This document shows, piece after piece, positions 62,676-64,000 of a stretch of 64,000 nt of DNA. The notes under the pieces are model-generated. The model was not told the DNA's origin. It searched no databases and saw only the letters and a list, made by a program, of their open reading frames with translations. The stretch lies in the IMG/VR virus record IMGVR_UViG_2706795722_000001, positions 1-64,000 of that record. The stretch is one strand, 5' to 3'. Numbering within the stretch: position 1 is the first letter of the stretch; every line of letters begins with the position of its first letter. The translations under genes were made by a program, and so were the position numbers. Source of the stretch: a virus (lineage: Duplodnaviria > Caudoviricetes).

Positions 62676-62833
62676 TCGTTCTCCGTTCCTAGCAGCCGCA
62701 TAGCGGCTTCGATGTCATCTTCGGTTACTGGATTGCCGGTCACCTCGCGGGGTGTCTCGCCTAGCGTTTCACCCGCGCGGGTGACCGGCACCAGTTCGCC
62801 TTCGTCGTTGAAGTGCCAATCCTTGGCGCTCAC
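62672..62833 (-). CDS. 53-aa hypothetical protein
   Basis: VSAKDWHFND...; GTGA overlaps at both ends. Confidence 0.55.
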   Translation of the reverse strand: MSAKDWHFNDEGELVPVTRAGETLGETPREVTGNPVTEDDIEAAMRLLGTENE

Positions 62834-63030
62834 TCGTTCACAACTTCGAGGTGGGCGGCGTCGGCGATCACCTTGAGTGATGCCTCGCGTTCTCTGTGGA
62901 ACCAGGGCACCGGACCACTGCCCGACTTGTTCGTGTTCATGCACCGCGTCTGCGGTGGTGATCCGCACTTCAGACATGTGAAGTCGATGGGCGTGAGCGT
63001 CACACCGTCGAGCATGTACAACTTCTTCAT
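62830..63030 (-). CDS. Small Zn-finger protein
   Basis: CLKC.S.P...C...WFH..R; AGGAG RBS. Confidence 0.7.
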   Translation of the reverse strand: MKKLYMLDGVTLTPIDFTCLKCGSPPQTRCMNTNKSGSGPVPWFHREREASLKVIADAAHLEVVNE

Positions 63031-63039
63031 GACTTTCTC

Positions 63040-63456
63040 CTATCTACAGGGCTCATGCCCTGGGTCTGTGGCGTCGATCGTGGCGGCAGCGTCACCAATC
63101 GACGCCCAGGCATTATTCATCGCCTGCGCAACTCGATTCAGTTCGGCACGCAATGCGGCCTGCTTAACGGAATCCTTGTTGTACAGATTGGCGATGATCT
63201 CGCCCTGAATGCGCTCCAGGTCACCCTTGGACTGCGACAAGACCTTCTGGCCTTCGCGCAACTTCTGGACAGCGTTCATCCAATTGACACACTCGGGTGT
63301 AGCCTTGCCGCGCACCTCCTTCTCGACAGTCTTTGTAACCTGAACCATCATTGCGGGCTGGGGCTTCGCGGGAGCGGGCGGCTCAGGTGCGAACAACGTC
63401 ACACTGAGCACGCCCGCGACCGCGAGGCCGAGCACGAACCATACGAACGAGCGCAT
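63040..63456 (-). CDS. Membrane-anchored coiled-coil protein
   Basis: N-terminal hydrophobic segment, Pro linker, helical body with two Cys. Confidence 0.7.
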   Translation of the reverse strand: MRSFVWFVLGLAVAGVLSVTLFAPEPPAPAKPQPAMMVQVTKTVEKEVRGKATPECVNWMNAVQKLREGQKVLSQSKGDLERIQGEIIANLYNKDSVKQAALRAELNRVAQAMNNAWASIGDAAATIDATDPGHEPCR

Positions 63457-63458
63457 AT

Positions 63459-63998
63459 TCAGTCGCGGCTCGCTGCGCCAGGGTACCAGGCACCGGCCTT
63501 GTTGTCAACGTAATCGACAACGTCAGCGCGCTTCGTGATGCACTCGGAGCCGAGACGGTAGTAGCGGCTCTTGTCATCGGTCAGTTCACGACCGCAGTTG
63601 ACACACTCGGAGAACTTGGCGCCATAGCGGTCAGCACATCCGGCCTTGTCCATCATGATCTGCGTCAACAGGTCCGCAACCGTCGAGCCGTGCACGGTGT
63701 TTCGCCCCGTGACGCTGCCGGTAGGGAAGTAGAACTGCAGGTCATTCCAAGCGTCGGACGACTTGTACTGCACGACACGGTACTCGGTACCGCCGAGCGC
63801 CTTGCTCTTGCGCGTAGACACGCGCATGAAGACAACCTGGGTCTCGTCATCGTTCGCGACAGCGTACCTGCCGTCAGGGATCATGCGCAAGATGTTGTAG
63901 TCGAGCTTGTCTTTCACGGGCGTCACGACAGCGGCGAGCGGGTCGGGTGCACTCGGCAACGTCGAGACGCGCGTGGACTCGTCACGCTGGTCCTCGGG
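63459..63998 (-). CDS. DUF6011-like protein, 5' end outside the window
   Basis: CVNCGRELTD.KSR..RLGSEC motif; frame open to the window edge. Confidence 0.7.
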   Translation of the reverse strand, partial: PEDQRDESTRVSTLPSAPDPLAAVVTPVKDKLDYNILRMIPDGRYAVANDDETQVVFMRVSTRKSKALGGTEYRVVQYKSSDAWNDLQFYFPTGSVTGRNTVHGSTVADLLTQIMMDKAGCADRYGAKFSECVNCGRELTDDKSRYYRLGSECITKRADVVDYVDNKAGAWYPGAASRD

Positions 63999-64000
63999 CA

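Noticed and set aside
1-64000. Very frequent CTCGAG/TCGA and GATC as a repeat or signal family
   Set aside because: Explained by preferred codon pairs (CTC GAG, ATC GAG, GTC GAC) in high-GC3 genes; no regular spacing.

Overview
About 64 kb of a lytic-looking, long-tailed actinobacterial siphovirus genome. By gene order and content it resembles the Gordonia/Rhodococcus/Tsukamurella GTE7/ReqiDocB7/TIN2-type phages; this is recognition from memory, not a database search. Left arm (1-36.8 kb, + strand): terminase, portal, protease/scaffold, decoration, major capsid, neck, tail tube, tRNA-Asn(GTT), -1 frameshifted tail chaperone, 2912-aa tape measure, minor tail proteins and a split lysis cassette (holin, amidase, LysB-like esterase, M23 peptidase, membrane proteins). 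Right arm (36.8-64 kb, - strand): PD-(D/E)xK exonuclease, a WhiB frame missed by the ORF track, DNA methyltransferase, MazG, RusA, nucleoside deoxyribosyltransferase-like protein, beta-clamp, oligoribonuclease, SNF2 helicase, SSB-like protein, an orphan Phd/YefM-like protein, many small Cys-rich ORFs and a MoxR AAA+/VWA pair. No integrase, repressor, CRISPR array or IS is visible. The most unusual observations are: a full WhiB domain with no in-frame start codon; a 548-nt dual-open-frame region with tandem G6A3 runs; sigmaA-type promoters whose -10 sits inside unrelated inverted repeats; a structured 190-nt leader before the methyltransferase; and a MoxR ATPase with duplicated Cys4 modules paired with an HExxH-VWA protein.
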